Positions 11,123 to 24,689 of a stretch of 64,000 nucleotides of DNA are shown here, piece by piece. This DNA is from Octopus vulgaris. Lineage: Eukaryota. Every line of letters starts with the position of its first letter. Positions within the stretch are counted from its first letter, which is position 1. The position numbers were made by a program, and so were the translations under genes. The notes beneath the pieces were generated by a model, which saw only the letters and a program-made list of their open reading frames with translations, was not told the DNA's origin and did no database searches. Location: contig OX597838.1 of the NCBI GenBank assembly GCA_951406725.2, positions 11,718,001 to 11,782,000 of the forward strand, given 5' to 3'.

Positions 11123-11897
11123 TTATATATATATATATACACACATTATATATCTATCTATATGTATGTATGTATGTTGAGAATTTTCTAGAGTGATTCT
11201 GTCTCTTGAGAGTTATAAAGTAAGTATTTTGGTTTATGTAAGGGCATCACCTCTTATGTTCATGTTTCATTCTCTTGTGGCAAAAAATTTTGGCAGTTCT
11301 TTGTTTTGCATTCATTGAATTACAATGAATGCAAAACATCTATGAAATACTAGTAAAGCCATTATCAAGTATAAACATAATTGTAGGAAGTCTTGTAACT
11401 GTGTGTTTAATGGAAACTATTCTGGCAGTTATCTAGTATACTGTACCAAGGTAGAATTTCACAATGGCTCTTATTCGAAATCTTTCATCAGAGTGACAGC
11501 AAATGACTTTAAGGTGCAATATTTCTCACACGGTTGCAGGCATGGCTGTGTGGTTAGGGAGCTTGCTTCCTAGCTACATGGTTTGGGGTTCAGTCCCACT
11601 GCGTGGCACTTTGGGTAGGTGTCTTCCACTATAGCCCCGAGCCGACCGAAGCTTTGTGATTGAATTCGGTAGGCGGAAGTTACTGCCGTGTGTGTATGTG
11701 TGTGTGTAGCTGCTCAGTGCCTCTCCGAAAGAGAGAGAGGGTCATTTGCTGGTTGTTCCAAACATGAAATTAGCTTCTGGACTTTTAAAATATATTTGGA
11801 GATTAACCCATTAGCATTTAAGCCAGCCATATACGGCCCAAATATGCCACCTGTTTTACGTTCTAACCAGCCAGATCCAGCCCATCACATCTACACA

Positions 11898-12245
<348 letters not shown>

Positions 12246-12364
12246 TGTATGTATATATATGTAAGTATTCACAATCTGTACTCTTCTCCCTTTCCATCTC
12301 TTTCTATATATATTGCCTCATCATGTTCTTTCACTCATTCACTTTCACTTTCTCTTTCTCTCAG

Positions 12365-12466
12365 ATTGAACTCCCTATCAACAAGTTGGACTCTCTTCAG
12401 CTGAAAATGAAATGCAAACGACGTGTGGAACAACTAACCGAACACTTCTCCCTACTGTCGTCCTAG
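12365..12466 (+). CDS. PLEKHM2: PLEKHM2/SKIP terminal coding exon (stop TAG 12464-12466)
   Basis: Long pyrimidine tract ctctcag|ATTGAA; IELPINKLDSLQLKMKCKRRVEQLTEHFSLLSS* aligns to SKIP VDLPHTAIQEASNKKKFEDALSLIHSA. Confidence 0.85.
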   Translation: MELPINKLDSLQLKMKCKRRVEQLTEHFSLLSS

Positions 12467-12990
12467 TCTACAGTCACTGATGCTCAAATTAGGAAACGGA
12501 GTGCTCAATAGTTGCTCATACTGATCCTCAGAGAGGATGGAAATGCTCAGTGGTCTCTCAGTGAAAGTTGGTCAGTAAAGGTGGGTGGCATCCAATGGTT
12601 ACTCAGACTGCTCTTCAAAACCAGGGGTTGGCGAGGAGCAGGGGTCATCACTACCTTCTGCCTTCTCCTGATTCAGTTCTTTTGTCCAACCAATGCTGCT
12701 GTTATTTTGTCTCAATTTGAACTCTCTACTCTTTCTCTCTCTCTCTCTCTCTCTCACCTCACATGACCTGACCTCACTTGACCTGACCTCATTTTAGTTA
12801 GTGTTTATGTCCTCTATTATTATTATTATTTTTTTTGTTTGTTACTCCAGCTGGTCCTGTCCAGTCCAGTCCAGTCCAGTCCAGTCTAGCTTGGTCTGGT
12901 ATGTTTGCTCCAGTCAACTCAGCTTGTTTAAACCCTTGGACACTGAAAGCAAGCTATCTAGCTGTAACAACAAACTGGCCTGTAAAACTA

Positions 12991-13025
<35 letters not shown>

Positions 13026-13632
13026 GATCCTACTGCTGCTTCTTGTCCTTGTCTTCCTCCTCTGCCTCCACCTCCTTCTGCTGCTGCTTGTGTGTCTCAT
13101 ATATCAGGCATGCTCATTGAAAGCCCAAAAGTGTGGAGCAATGTTAAAGATGAAGGCAGATAACACAGCTAAAGAAGACCTTGTGTGCTAGATTTCTTAT
13201 AGTTAGCTCCAGTTCAGTATAGACAAAGCAAAACAGACCTATGGTGAAAACCTTTCCAGTTGTGGCCATCCTGTGTCTTTGTATGTCGTGTGTTTTTATT
13301 TAAGATGTTATGGTGTAAATTTGATGAAAATTTCACTATATCTCGTTTTGGTCTAACAACCATATAGATATTCCATCGTTGGGTGCAGAATGTTAGGAGA
13401 ATGTAAGAATGTGTTGGAGAAAGTCGTCTGTAGACAATCTCACCAATGTTATGTGAATGTTTGGAAAATAGTTTAATTTCTGTTTTTGTAAGAGAAAACT
13501 GAAATCATTTGAGAAGAGATGTCAAAAAGGAAAAAAAATTAACACAAATAACAATAAGGAACGTGTATGTGGTCAGTCGACCTGCTAGAAATAATAGCAA
13601 ATTTTCCCCACAAATCACACCTTACAATCTTA

Positions 13633-13638
13633 AATAAA
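13633..13638 (+). promoter_or_regulatory. Candidate polyadenylation signal for PLEKHM2
   Basis: AATAAA about 1.17 kb after the stop codon; no transcript evidence available. Confidence 0.3.
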
Positions 13639-14456
13639 GAAAAGACCTCCTAGATAATTTACTTCTACATACTCCTAAAAAGACTCACTGGATGGTCATG
13701 GCCAGAGCACCTTTGATCATAGGTTTGCTTTGCCTGGGTTAGCTTTTACCAAAAGTTGTTTCTGAACAAAGCAAAAACAAAAACAGAAAAAAAAACGTTT
13801 TTCTAAAGACCTAGAACAAAATTTTTGTTATTCTTTTGTATTTTTTGTTATATTTTTAAAATTTCACTGATCTTGTGTGCATATGTGCATGGGGGCCCCT
13901 TTAAAGGATTTTATCTAATTTAATAATAATGTTCTCCTGTTAGACTTGTCCCTGTTTCATTGTTGGATCAAACGGTCTCTGTTTCTCTCCTTGAGAACGT
14001 GTGTGTATCTGTGTGTGATTGTGTACATATGTGTGCGTGTGTTCGTTCTGATTATGAGTGTGAGTGTTTTGTTATTTACTAACCGAACCAAGCTATTCAC
14101 TTCCACACAGATTAAAATACAATCAGGCTTGTAGAATAATATCGTAGTTATAAGGTTCTTAAATGTTTTTGGCAAGTCATGCGATCATTAGTACACCACC
14201 TCTTCCCCAAACCTACTGGTTCCCTCTAAGGCTGTCATGTAACACATCTCAAGCACACACACACACACACACACACACTTGTACATACATACATACATAA
14301 ATGTGTGTGCTCACTTGGGTTCCTTCAGTATCTAAGCACGAAAAAGGGAGACAGTTTTATAACCACATTCATTTCAAGCGTAGTGAAAATTTCAGTATAT
14401 TTCTGATCTAATATATTGATGTTGCATACATACATACATACATACATACATACAAA

Positions 14457-14779
14457 GGAGGGGCACTCCGTCGATTACGATGATGAAGGGTCCAGCTGAT
14501 ACGATCAACGGAACAGCCTGCTCGTGAAATTCACATGCAAGTGGCTGAGCACTCCACAGACACGTGTACCCTTAACGTAGTTCTCAGCGAGATTCAGCGT
14601 GACACAGAGTGTGACAAGGCTGGCCCTTTGAAATACAGGTACTACTCATTTTTGCCAGCTGAGTGGACTGGAGCAATGTAAAATAAAGTGTCTTGCTCAA
14701 GGACACAACACGTCACCAGGAATGGAACACAACTTAACAATTGTAAGCCAAATGCCCTAACCACTAAGCCACCGCCTTC
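14457..14779 (-). mobile_element. tRNA-derived SINE, family D
   Basis: Minus strand starts AAGGCGGTGGCTTAGTGGTTAGGGC; body CTCCAGTCCACTCAGCTGGCAAAAATGAGTAG; tail shared with 40436-40575. Confidence 0.75.
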
Positions 14780-14810
14780 ACATACATACATACATACATA
14801 TATACATACA

Positions 14811-14859
<49 letters not shown>

Positions 14860-14862
<3 letters not shown>

Positions 14863-15028
14863 GGTCCAGGGTTGAGTCGGGGTTAACCACAGTAAATAAG
14901 GTACTCAATACATAGCAGAGTAAATTAATTTATTTTATAGAAGGAGCTTCTACAGGACTAGAACTGTTTCATTCAAAAGAAATCATCGAATGAAACAGTT
15001 CTAGTCCTGTAGAAGCTCCTTCTATAAA

Positions 15029-15034
<6 letters not shown>
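14860..15034. mobile_element. Short fold-back element inserted in (TA)n: 47-bp perfect inverted arms, 13-nt spacer
   Basis: Arms 14928-14974 and 14988-15034 are exact reverse complements. Confidence 0.8.
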
Positions 15035-15079
<45 letters not shown>

Positions 15080-16525
15080 TGTCATCATACATACATACAT
15101 ACATATATATATTAAAGAAGTTGAAAATGCACTTGGATTCATTTAGATTTTTTATCTAAAAATTTTTAAAGGCTGAACATGTTTCACAGATTTCTCTGAT
15201 CTTCAAACATTGAGATAGAACGACGTGGAGTTATGCTGCAACTGTCTTCTGATGGAGTTCCAAAATTAGTATCTGTTTTGGATACATTTTAATTGGCCGA
15301 TGATGATTATTTGATTAGGTTTGGTAATTCTTGTAAGTTCCTTGCTGTCAGCCGTAATTTTCAGCATGAAAGACAGTCACATGATATTAATGCACAAACA
15401 TGTTGGGGAACCTACAACAATGTCTAAGGCTAATCATGTGACCTTCCTCTCCTACATTTGACAGATTAAATTCAGAGAGCCTTGTTTGTTTGGGATTGTC
15501 ACTAGACATGTTGACCCAACTGTAACTGCTTTGATTTATATATTGTTCCATGACATTAATAAAAATCAGCTGCAAAAGCATCACAAAAATATCACAGTTT
15601 TTTGTGATATTTCTGCAGCTTTAATAACAATAAAGCATATTACTCTACCTCTGGTATTCGAGTACTATTTTTCCCCACCTTGTTTTATATATATATATAT
15701 ATATATAGGGAGAGTTTACGAAAAAAAAAACAAAAGGCGAAGACAGGTGGTGTACAAAACAAACAGATGTATTAGTATAACGCTCAGGAATATATATATA
15801 TATATATATATAGATATATACATATATATTTATATAGTCTGTGTTTATTTATATGTATATGTGCCTAATGTATCTAGAACTACGTTATCAAATATCTCTG
15901 TTTTTTAAGAGTGTATGGTGTGGTTTTGCAGAAAAATTGGCTGCTTTTTCTGGCAGGTCTAGCAAGCCCACTGAGAGCCTCTCTCATGGGCCTGTTTTCT
16001 TTCATTGTGATAGTAGGGCTGTTAGTCTTTCAGTATGACTCAAGTTATGATTTCGAGTCATGACCCTAAATGTATCTCTTCAAGTTATGACTTTTATTCT
16101 TACTGTGATACGTAGATGCAGTTTTCTTGGTGATTTCCTTTGATTAACATTACCAAATGCTAGAAATCAACTTTTAAGTGTCCTTGTTTATTTTCTCGGT
16201 TGGGGGTCGTGATGGGTAGAAGATTGTTGTTTCTGTTATTGTTGTTGGTGATCATGATGGGCGAGAAAATCCTTTCCTACTACCAAGTCATAACCTATAT
16301 TTTAGAGATGACAAATCGAGAGAATCTTAGTCCGGCCATTTAGTATAAAGAACTTATATGTTTGTATGTTTTGTTTATGTTTTCCAGTTTCAGCTCTTGA
16401 GCTGTGGCCATGCTGGGGCACCGCCATGTGTGTATACTTGTTCTTTAGAACCAATATAACTTCCTGCCAAATTAAAAAAAACACAGTGCTCTAGTAGAAG
16501 GGTATAATAATAATTTTATATACAA

Positions 16526-16928
16526 GGTGTAGGAGTGGCTGTGTGGTAAGTAGCTTGCTAACCAACCACATGGTTCCGGGTTCAGTCCCACTGCATGGCA
16601 CTTTGGGCAATTGTCTTCTACTATAGCCTCGGGCCGACCAAAGCCTTGTGAGTGGATTTGGTAGACGGAAACTGAAAGAAGCCCGTCGTATATATGTATA
16701 TATATATATATATGTGTGTATGTTTGTGTGTCTGTGTTTATCCCCCCCAACATTACTTGACAACCGATGCTGGTGTGTTTACGTCCCCGTAACTTAGCAG
16801 TTCGGCAAAAGAGACCGATAGAATAAGTACTAGGCTTACAAAGAATAAGTCCTGGGGTAGATTTGCTCGACTAAAGGCGATGCTCCAGCATGGCCACAGT
16901 CAAATGACTGAAACAAGTAAATGAGTAA
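16526..16928 (+). mobile_element. SINE family A, full length
   Basis: Matches the other family A copies. Confidence 0.9.
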
Positions 16929-17689
16929 ATTGGTGGCTACAAAAATTTGATTTGTATTGCTTTTTGTACAAGCTATGTGTATATGTATGCTTGTGTGTGT
17001 GTGTGTGTTTAATCTTTGCCACTTTATATTGATATAATATATAGACATTAGCAAGAAATGTACACACACAAAATTAGATAAATTGTTGCATCATAATAGA
17101 TTCTCTAATCTGACACATCATCAGAAATATAATTAAACCAGTGATTGTTCTGTTGAAAACCTCTAACCAATGACACTTTTGTTTACAAATTGTGATATAA
17201 AATAAATAAAAAACGAAGCCGACTTTTTGTCCAGATTTTATGCTCGACTTCCGTAGTCTTTCTTGGATTTTGTGACTATATTTTCATTTCAAATGCTCCT
17301 TAGTTACCCAAGAGGAACTTGAATGTTGGGGGTCAGATGCTGGAGTTTGGACAATACATATAAAATTAGACACATACATGGGTGGATTGGCAAAAATATT
17401 AAAGTGTCAGGAGGTATTTAGCTACATTACTTTAACATTCCAAGTTCACATCCTGCCAGGGTCAACTTTTTTCCTGATTAAACAAAGTACCAGTAAAATA
17501 CTTTGGTTGATTCAGGTCTCTGCTTCTTGCCACTATATTTCTATTAGAAATTGTCATTATTATTAATATGGGCAGAATCATTAGAACATCAGATAAAATA
17601 CCTTACAGGATTTAGTTACAATTCTTTATGTCCTGAGTTTAAAATCATGTTGGGATTAAAATTGTTTTTCACATTTCTGTGTTCATTAA

Positions 17690-17908
17690 CCCTTTAGTGA
17701 TCAGATTATTCAATCAAACATAATGCTTATTGATTCCCATTGATTTGAATTAATCATGCATTATCTCATATCTTCAAGATTTTGATGGTGTAATTACTTA
17801 ATGTAGAATAACATTGTAGGGTAGGTGTGAGGGCCTGAATCTGGTCAGTTTGAACATAAAACAGATTAAATATTTTGGCTGGATATGACCGGTTTAACTA
17901 CTAAAGGG
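17690..17908. mobile_element. piggyBac-type MITE
   Basis: TTAA|CCCTTTAG ... CTAAAGGG|TTAA; related partial copy in opposite orientation near 11803-11895. Confidence 0.8.
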
Positions 17909-19104
17909 TTAAAGTAGCATATAAGTCAACTACCAAGGTCAGTATGATCAACTGTTCCTTGCCCTTCCCCCTGGAATTTCTGGCCTTGTGCCTGAGTAAG
18001 AAATAATCATTGACCCTAAAAGTATAAAGGGCAAAGGTGACCTCTAATCTCAGAGGTCAACTTTGCCTTTCTCTTTCCTTTCTTTTGTTTTTTTTTGTTT
18101 TTGAGTCAATAAACTACAATCTCAGTTAAATAATGTGATTGATAATGTAATCCAACTGATCAAAGGTCTCTGTGAGATTTTAAAGAACTCAGCATTGGAA
18201 CTTAGAATTTTATTCTTGCCATGGCATGTGGTTGATTGTTAGAATGATAACAACCTTAATCTCTAAGCAAAACCAAATTTATAACCAAAACCATTTACAT
18301 AGTGAAACAGTGTTATGAAAACTCTATAAATTTATACATAAAATAGAATATAAAACGTGAAATTTCCATGGAACGCATAAGTGGTTTACTATTATTCTTC
18401 TTGTACAAATTGTTATTGTTATTGTTGAGTTGAAAACCTTGGCAAGTATATTGCTGCTGGCAGCACCATATAGATATGTCATGGCTACATAGAATTTCTC
18501 TGGTAAATTTTAGAAAAATGTTAGGAGGTGGTGTATATAATAGAGTAATATGTTGTGTCATAACATTATAATAAATGTAATGATACCTATTTACAGCTTG
18601 GTAGACAAGAGTGTTGATACTACAAGAGGGACTTAGTGGCCAGAATCGCTGACAGTTAAGTGTTAGGTCATGGAAGCAATTTTGTGAAATATGTGATACT
18701 GTGGAAGAGCTATTTGCAGCTAGGTGGATTGGACTGGACTGGACTGGTCGGAATGGATGTTACTTTGTGTGTGTATTGTATGTTTAAGCCTAATATACAT
18801 GTATATATTTTTTATTTCTCCATATATATATATATATATTATAGATAGATAGATAGATAGATACATACATACACGCGTGCATATATACATACATAGTACT
18901 TTACTTTATTAGTAAAGAGGTTATGTGCCTCCTACCAGCAGGTCTGGTGAGTCACCTATGTTACCAAGTGCAATAGTAGAAATGAAACCATGGTAACTTT
19001 CTGACCAGCCATAACAAAGGATATAAGGATATACTACACAAAATATAACTACTCAAAAATTTTTTTGCAGTATGCTTTTTTGGGGAATTATTTACATCTA
19101 ACCA

Positions 19105-19151
<47 letters not shown>

Positions 19152-19301
19152 GAAAAGAGTGTAAAAACTACAGAAGGCTTGTGTTATGAGGTTAAAGAAT
19201 ATATTTAAGTCATTATGTTAGAAAAATGTTATAAAATTTTGTGTCACTCTTTTCTATTTTTTATACATCCAACCACGTGCTTTCACACACCAACTTTCTC
19301 A

Positions 19302-19343
<42 letters not shown>

Positions 19344-19499
19344 CACATACATTACATACACACACACACACACACACATATAGACATGTTGATGCAAATA
19401 GGAAAAAACGTACTTGTTCTTTGCCCTACATCTTGAGGATCTCTAGGTACAAACTCAAATGCCAGCATGGAGAATTACCATATATATATATATGAACAC

Positions 19500-19824
19500 A
19501 TATACAGCATGGCTACATAGTAGAAATTTGCTTCCTAACCTCATTGTTTTGGGTTTAGCCTCACTGTGTGGCACCTCAGGCAAGTGTCTACTACTATAGC
19601 CCTAGGCCTACAAAAGCCTTGGGAATGGATTTGGTAGATGGAAACTGACGGGAGCCTGTCATTGTATATGTAAATGTCTGTATGCATGTGTCAACATGTT
19701 ACTGTCCCCTTGCTGTGACACTTTGTGATTGTAACGTTCAGCTACAGAAAATCTGCCTCAACTAAACTTCCCTCTGATCTGTGCAAGTATGGAAAAGTAA
19801 GTGTTAAAATGATGATGATGAAGC

Positions 19825-19877
<53 letters not shown>

Positions 19878-20043
19878 CGTCAACTACACTCTCGGAGTGG
19901 TTGGCGTTAGGAAGGGCATCCAGCTGTAGAAACTCTGCCAAATCAAGACTGGAGCCTGGTGCAGCCATCTGGTTCACCAGCCCTCAGTCAAAATTGTCCA
20001 ACCCATGCTAGCATGGAAAGCGGACGTTAAACGATGATGATGA

Positions 20044-20047
<4 letters not shown>
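19500..20047 (+). mobile_element. SINE with family-A-like head and alternative (A2) tail ending (GAT)n, interrupted by (TA)n
   Basis: Degenerate head ...GGCAAGTGTCTACTACTATAGCCC...GGATTTGGTAGATGGAAACTGA; tail GGAAGGGCATCCAGCTGTAGAAAC...AAACGATGATGATG. Confidence 0.7.
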
Positions 20048-20082
<35 letters not shown>

Positions 20083-20265
20083 ACACACACTCTCACATAT
20101 ATGCATACATACGTATATGCATATCATCATCATCATCATCGTCGTTTAACGTCCGTTCTCCATGCTAGCATGGGTTGGACGGTTCGACCGGGGTTCTGGG
20201 AAGCCAGAAGGCTGCACCAGGCTCCAGTCTAATCTGGCAATGTTTCTACAGCTGGATGCCCTTCT

Positions 20266-20302
<37 letters not shown>

Positions 20303-20303
20303 T

Positions 20304-21180
20304 ACAGGGTGTTCGGTCTAAATTTGACAGTTTGCATAAAATTAAAAGAAAACATGATATCCTATCCAAAAATGAAAGTATTTAAAAAAAATCAAAAATG
20401 ATCATGTATATTATGGCTGGGAGATAACAATTTACTCAAATTAGCCATCCTCAGCTTCCACCACTACAGCCTCATTTCAGACCTGGAATGTGGTACATGC
20501 ATTCTCTCTCTGCATCTTTGGGAAGATCTTTGAACACTTCCTTGATCTTGGCTCTCAGTGTGGCCTTGGCATTGCAAGAAGAAGGGTTGGTGTCTTTCTC
20601 AATCCCACCCTTTTATAGTATTCCATGAGATTACAATAAGTGGGGAATTAGGAGGCCAGAAATTGGGGGCTGGTGAAGTTGTAAAAATTCCCTGACAACC
20701 GCTTCTGTCTCTTTCTGGAGGTATAGTAAGGAGCTGAACCCTACTGCCGCACAATGCTCTCCAGCTGTAGCCCTCTTCATCCCGGGGTTTGACCACGATC
20801 GACAGCAGCTTCACGTAGCTGTTCTGAATTGAGCTGAAGGTGATGGTCATCAATTGCTGGATGAATTCTGGCACGTGGACACAGATTGCCTGTCGTGTCT
20901 GTTCTTGCTGGACATGGCTTTGTAGTATCCATTGCATCCGTTCATGTCATGTCTTGCAACCTTTACAGTGTTTACAGAGCCCTGAACTGCAGTTATGAAT
21001 TCGGCATTTTGATACCCTGATACCCAGCATGAACCATTATGATACAAGTAATTCTTTTCCAATATTCAGATGGCTTCCAATCCTCCTTGTCAGCTAACCT
21101 TAATTTTTATGCTCTCCAATGCATCAAGATATTCCTGAAAAAAGGGGACATAGAAAAAATCATCAAATCATTCAATAAAT
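20304..21180 (-). mobile_element. Tc1/mariner DD37D (maT-like) transposase remnant
   Basis: Decayed YVKLLSIVVKP, FWPPNSP and ERDTN-like segments, C-terminal SRSEMRL.VVEAEDG; TA-CAGGGTGT end at 20304. Confidence 0.7.
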
Positions 21181-21303
21181 ACAAGGATTTTAATTCAAGC
21201 GACCATTAGTTTCATGCTGTGAAAGCACCAACTAATAAGCTTGGCACTTTATTGTTTTTTTACAGCATGAAACTAATGGCAGCTTGAATTTAAATCCTGT
21301 GTA
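21181..21303. mobile_element. Small MITE-like hairpin: about 40-bp inverted arms, about 41-nt spacer, TA-flanked
   Basis: ACAAGGATTTTAATTCAAGCGACCATTAGTTTCATGCTGT (21181-21220) is inverted at 21262-21302. Confidence 0.7.
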
Positions 21304-23269
21304 TATCAAATTATATTTGTCTCTCACTGGATGGAATACATTTTTGTTGATCCCACCAATAATGGAAATTATATTTACATAGATATACATACATATTTCA
21401 TCATCATTTTAATGTCCACTTTTCCATGCATGCATAGGTTAGACAGAATTTTTGTTTTGGGACGTTTTCTATTGCTGGATGCCTTTCCTGCCACCAACTC
21501 TCACTTGTTACACCTGTTACAAATTGAGGTAATGTATGTATGTATGTATGTATGTATGTATGTATGTATGTATGTATGTATGCATGCATGCATGCATGCA
21601 TGCATGCATGTATGTATGTATGTATGTATGTATGTATGTATGTATGTATGTATGTATGTATGTATGTATGTATGTATGCATGCATGCATGCATGTATGTC
21701 TACGTATTTATATACACATATATATAAATTATGCATATATATGTGTGTATGTATGCATGTATATATATGTATATATATGCATATGTATATATATATATAT
21801 ATATATATTACAAAATGCTTTTTATTCTGAAATAATTTTTTTGCTTTGGAAAAAAGGAAAAAAAAAATCTCAAAACTGATTAAAATGATGTCTGAGGTCA
21901 GGTATTAATATTTGAAAGTACCATTGATTCTTTGGTGCCACCCCCCTCTCTGAAAACAAGAACCCTAAAACAACAAAAGACTATCCATATATACTCTGAT
22001 CCACTGATACCCTGATCCATTGGTAATCTGGTCTCCTCTCACCACACTTGATGGAGCTGCTCATGATGGTGACTATATCAGCCAATTACAGGTGTGCTAA
22101 TTGTCTCTGTCTGTGTGTCCATATTTCCAGCTGCATCTTCTTCTACAAGCCTATGATATAGGCCAGCCTGGTTCAATATTATCTCCCTCCAATAAACCCA
22201 TAAATACATACCTACCTGTGAACCGAACCACCCAACACGTCCTTCTTATACCCAGGAATGCTCCATCCTTATTTCTGTACTCTTTCAATAGCTCATAAAT
22301 TTTTATTTTTGAGTTCTTTCTGTTGTTTTGGTGAGTGGGTCTGGGTTTGTCCCTTCCTCTCTTACCCTTGCCATCCTTCTCTTCTTCCTCTCTTACCCTT
22401 GCCATCCTCCTCTTCCTCCTCCTCTTCCTCCTCCCTTACTACTACCACCCTACTTTGTCGTACAAGTGTCCTCATGGTCGTGTTTTAACTTTACTAGATA
22501 GCAGTGATGGATGAATTAATGCCGCTCTTTCATTTAATCCTAATCAAGCCATTGCTTGCTGTGTTAATAAACATAATTATAATAAAGATGATGATGATGA
22601 TGACGATGATTATATCTTGTAAATAAATACTCTCAAATTTGTACTGTGTTCCATTTGTATTTCTTTGTAAATATATATTCATTTGTCTGTATTTATGGGT
22701 TAGTTTAAAATAAAAGATATTCCGCCACTCCACATGTTGGAGCGGAATTCAAGATACAACCGCGTTTCAGGCGAAGTTACGATTTAAGGACTTGAAGACA
22801 GAATGTGTGCATCATTCAGTCAGAACCAAGAATCACTCGACAGCGACTATTTGACAATACACACAATAGCCAATTCCTAAGCATGACAGAATGTGTGAAT
22901 CATTCTCAGCTGTCAGAACAAAGCGTCAACACAATACCTCAAATGATAATAGAACGCTATTTTTTGCCAATTGAACGTCGAATGAAGTATGAGCCATTTG
23001 AAGAACTTTCACTAACATTGTTGCAATTAACTGCAATTAATTGATATGATAGCAGTCTATATAATTGGCTGTACGACTCCAATTAACTGGACCAATATAT
23101 TGCAATTAATTTTTCGTCAATTAATATTTTACAACCCCTGATGCCTGCAGCTAGAGGCAAAGTTGACACCGGTAGAATATGAACTCGAAACGCCAAAGGA
23201 TGTAAGTGAATGCTACAATATATTTTGCGTGCTGCCCCAACAATTCTGCTACTTTCATTATATATTTCT

Positions 23270-23400
23270 TTATTGCCCACAAGGGGCTAAACATAGAGGG
23301 GACAAACAAGGACACAGACAAAGGGATAAAGTCGATTACATCGGCCCCAGTGCGTAACTGGTACTTAATTTATCGACCCCGAGAGGATGAAAGGCAAAGT
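23270..23400 (-). mobile_element. SINE family B, 5'-truncated
   Basis: Reverse complement of the 3' half of 23416-23652. Confidence 0.8.
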
Positions 23401-23415
23401 CTATTAGCTGTTTGG

Positions 23416-23652
23416 TAAGGCGGCGAGCTGGCAGAAAAGTTAGCACGCCGGGTGAAATGCTTAGCAGTATTTCGTCTGCCGCTACGTTCTGAGTTCAAAT
23501 TCCGCCAAGGTCGACTTTGCCTTTCATCCTTTCGGGGTCGATTAAATAAGTACTAGTTACGCACTGGGGTCGATGTAATCGACTTAATACCTTTGTCTGT
23601 CCTTGTTTGTCCCCTCTATGTTTAGCCCCTTGTGGGTAATAAAGAAATATAC
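23416..23652 (+). mobile_element. SINE family B, full length with 13-bp TSD
   Basis: AAGGCGGCGAGCTGGCAG...AATAAAGAAATA; TSD ATTAGCTGTTTGG at 23403-23415 and 23653-23665. Confidence 0.9.
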
Positions 23653-24254
23653 ATTAGCTGTTTGGGTTCTTCCGAAGGGTCTCTGGACTAACTTTACTCG
23701 ACAGGGTGTGTAGGTCGGAGATCAGGGAGTCTCTTTAGGTCTAGCTATTCACTACATTGAGAGGTCAACAGCTCTGGCACTACGGACATGTGATTATAAT
23801 GTCACAGGAAAGTATCACAAGACAGATTCTTCAAACTGAGCCAACCGGTAGGAGAGCCGGGGTAGATCAAAACAAGATCGTTGGATAACATCCATTGTCT
23901 TAATTAGTCACGCTTGGGAATCCAAGGATTGTGCATGAGGGGACAGCCACGTTTGAGAAATTTCGAGTTGCACATGAGAAAGTAAGGAGGGATGTCAGAA
24001 AGGGCATCGCTGTTAGACTTCCAGAAGGGAAGGGTCTTCCTTTGATTCTGTTATGATGGCTACTTCTGATAAAACCCTACGGTGGGGGTGGCTGACGACT
24101 CGAACCCCACAACCCTAACAGGAATAATGGATGGAGAAAATGGATAGATGGATGGATGGCTGTTTGAAATGCCATTGGTTTAGTACCCTTATTATTTAAG
24201 TCCAAGAGAACCTCGACCGAATTGACTTATGAGCAAAGTTATTCAACCGAAGTT

Positions 24255-24440
24255 TACTCAAAGTAGCCTTCTTCAGCTTCCACCACTGCAGCCTCCTTTC
24301 ATCCCTAGAATGTGGGGCATGCATTCCTCTCTGCATCTTTGGGAAGACCTTTGAACACTTCCTTGATCTTGGCTATCAGTGTGGCCTTGGTATTGCAAGC
24401 AGAAGGGTTGGTGTCTTTCTCAATCACACCCATTTATAGA
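24255..24440 (-). mobile_element. Second DD37D/maT-like transposase C-terminal fragment
   Basis: Closely matches 20435-20610 (GGGAAGA(T)CTTTGAACACTTCCTTGATCTTGGC...GAAGGGTTGGTGTCTTTCTCAATC). Confidence 0.7.
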
Positions 24441-24689
24441 CTCATGTTTACGAATAGTGTGCACCATAAACTTCTTTGCTTTAACACGAAGCCCATTTTG
24501 AGCCATATTTTCTTCTGACTCAGCGGTTTAATTTTGTTTCAAAATTCACAGGTTTTGCGAAATGGAACTTTTTGAAAATAGCTTTTATTAATTGTATATT
24601 ACTTTATGTATTTTTGTGGTGCGAATTCAAAATATCAATACAGCCAAGATTTTCTCGCCGTTTAATGATACAATATATTTTATATACAA

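Noticed and set aside
22745-22810. Hammerhead on the minus strand (GAAACGCGGTTGTA with TTCAAG/CTTGAA stem)
   Set aside because: The CTGANGA core is unrecognisable (CTTAAAT) and stem II does not pair.
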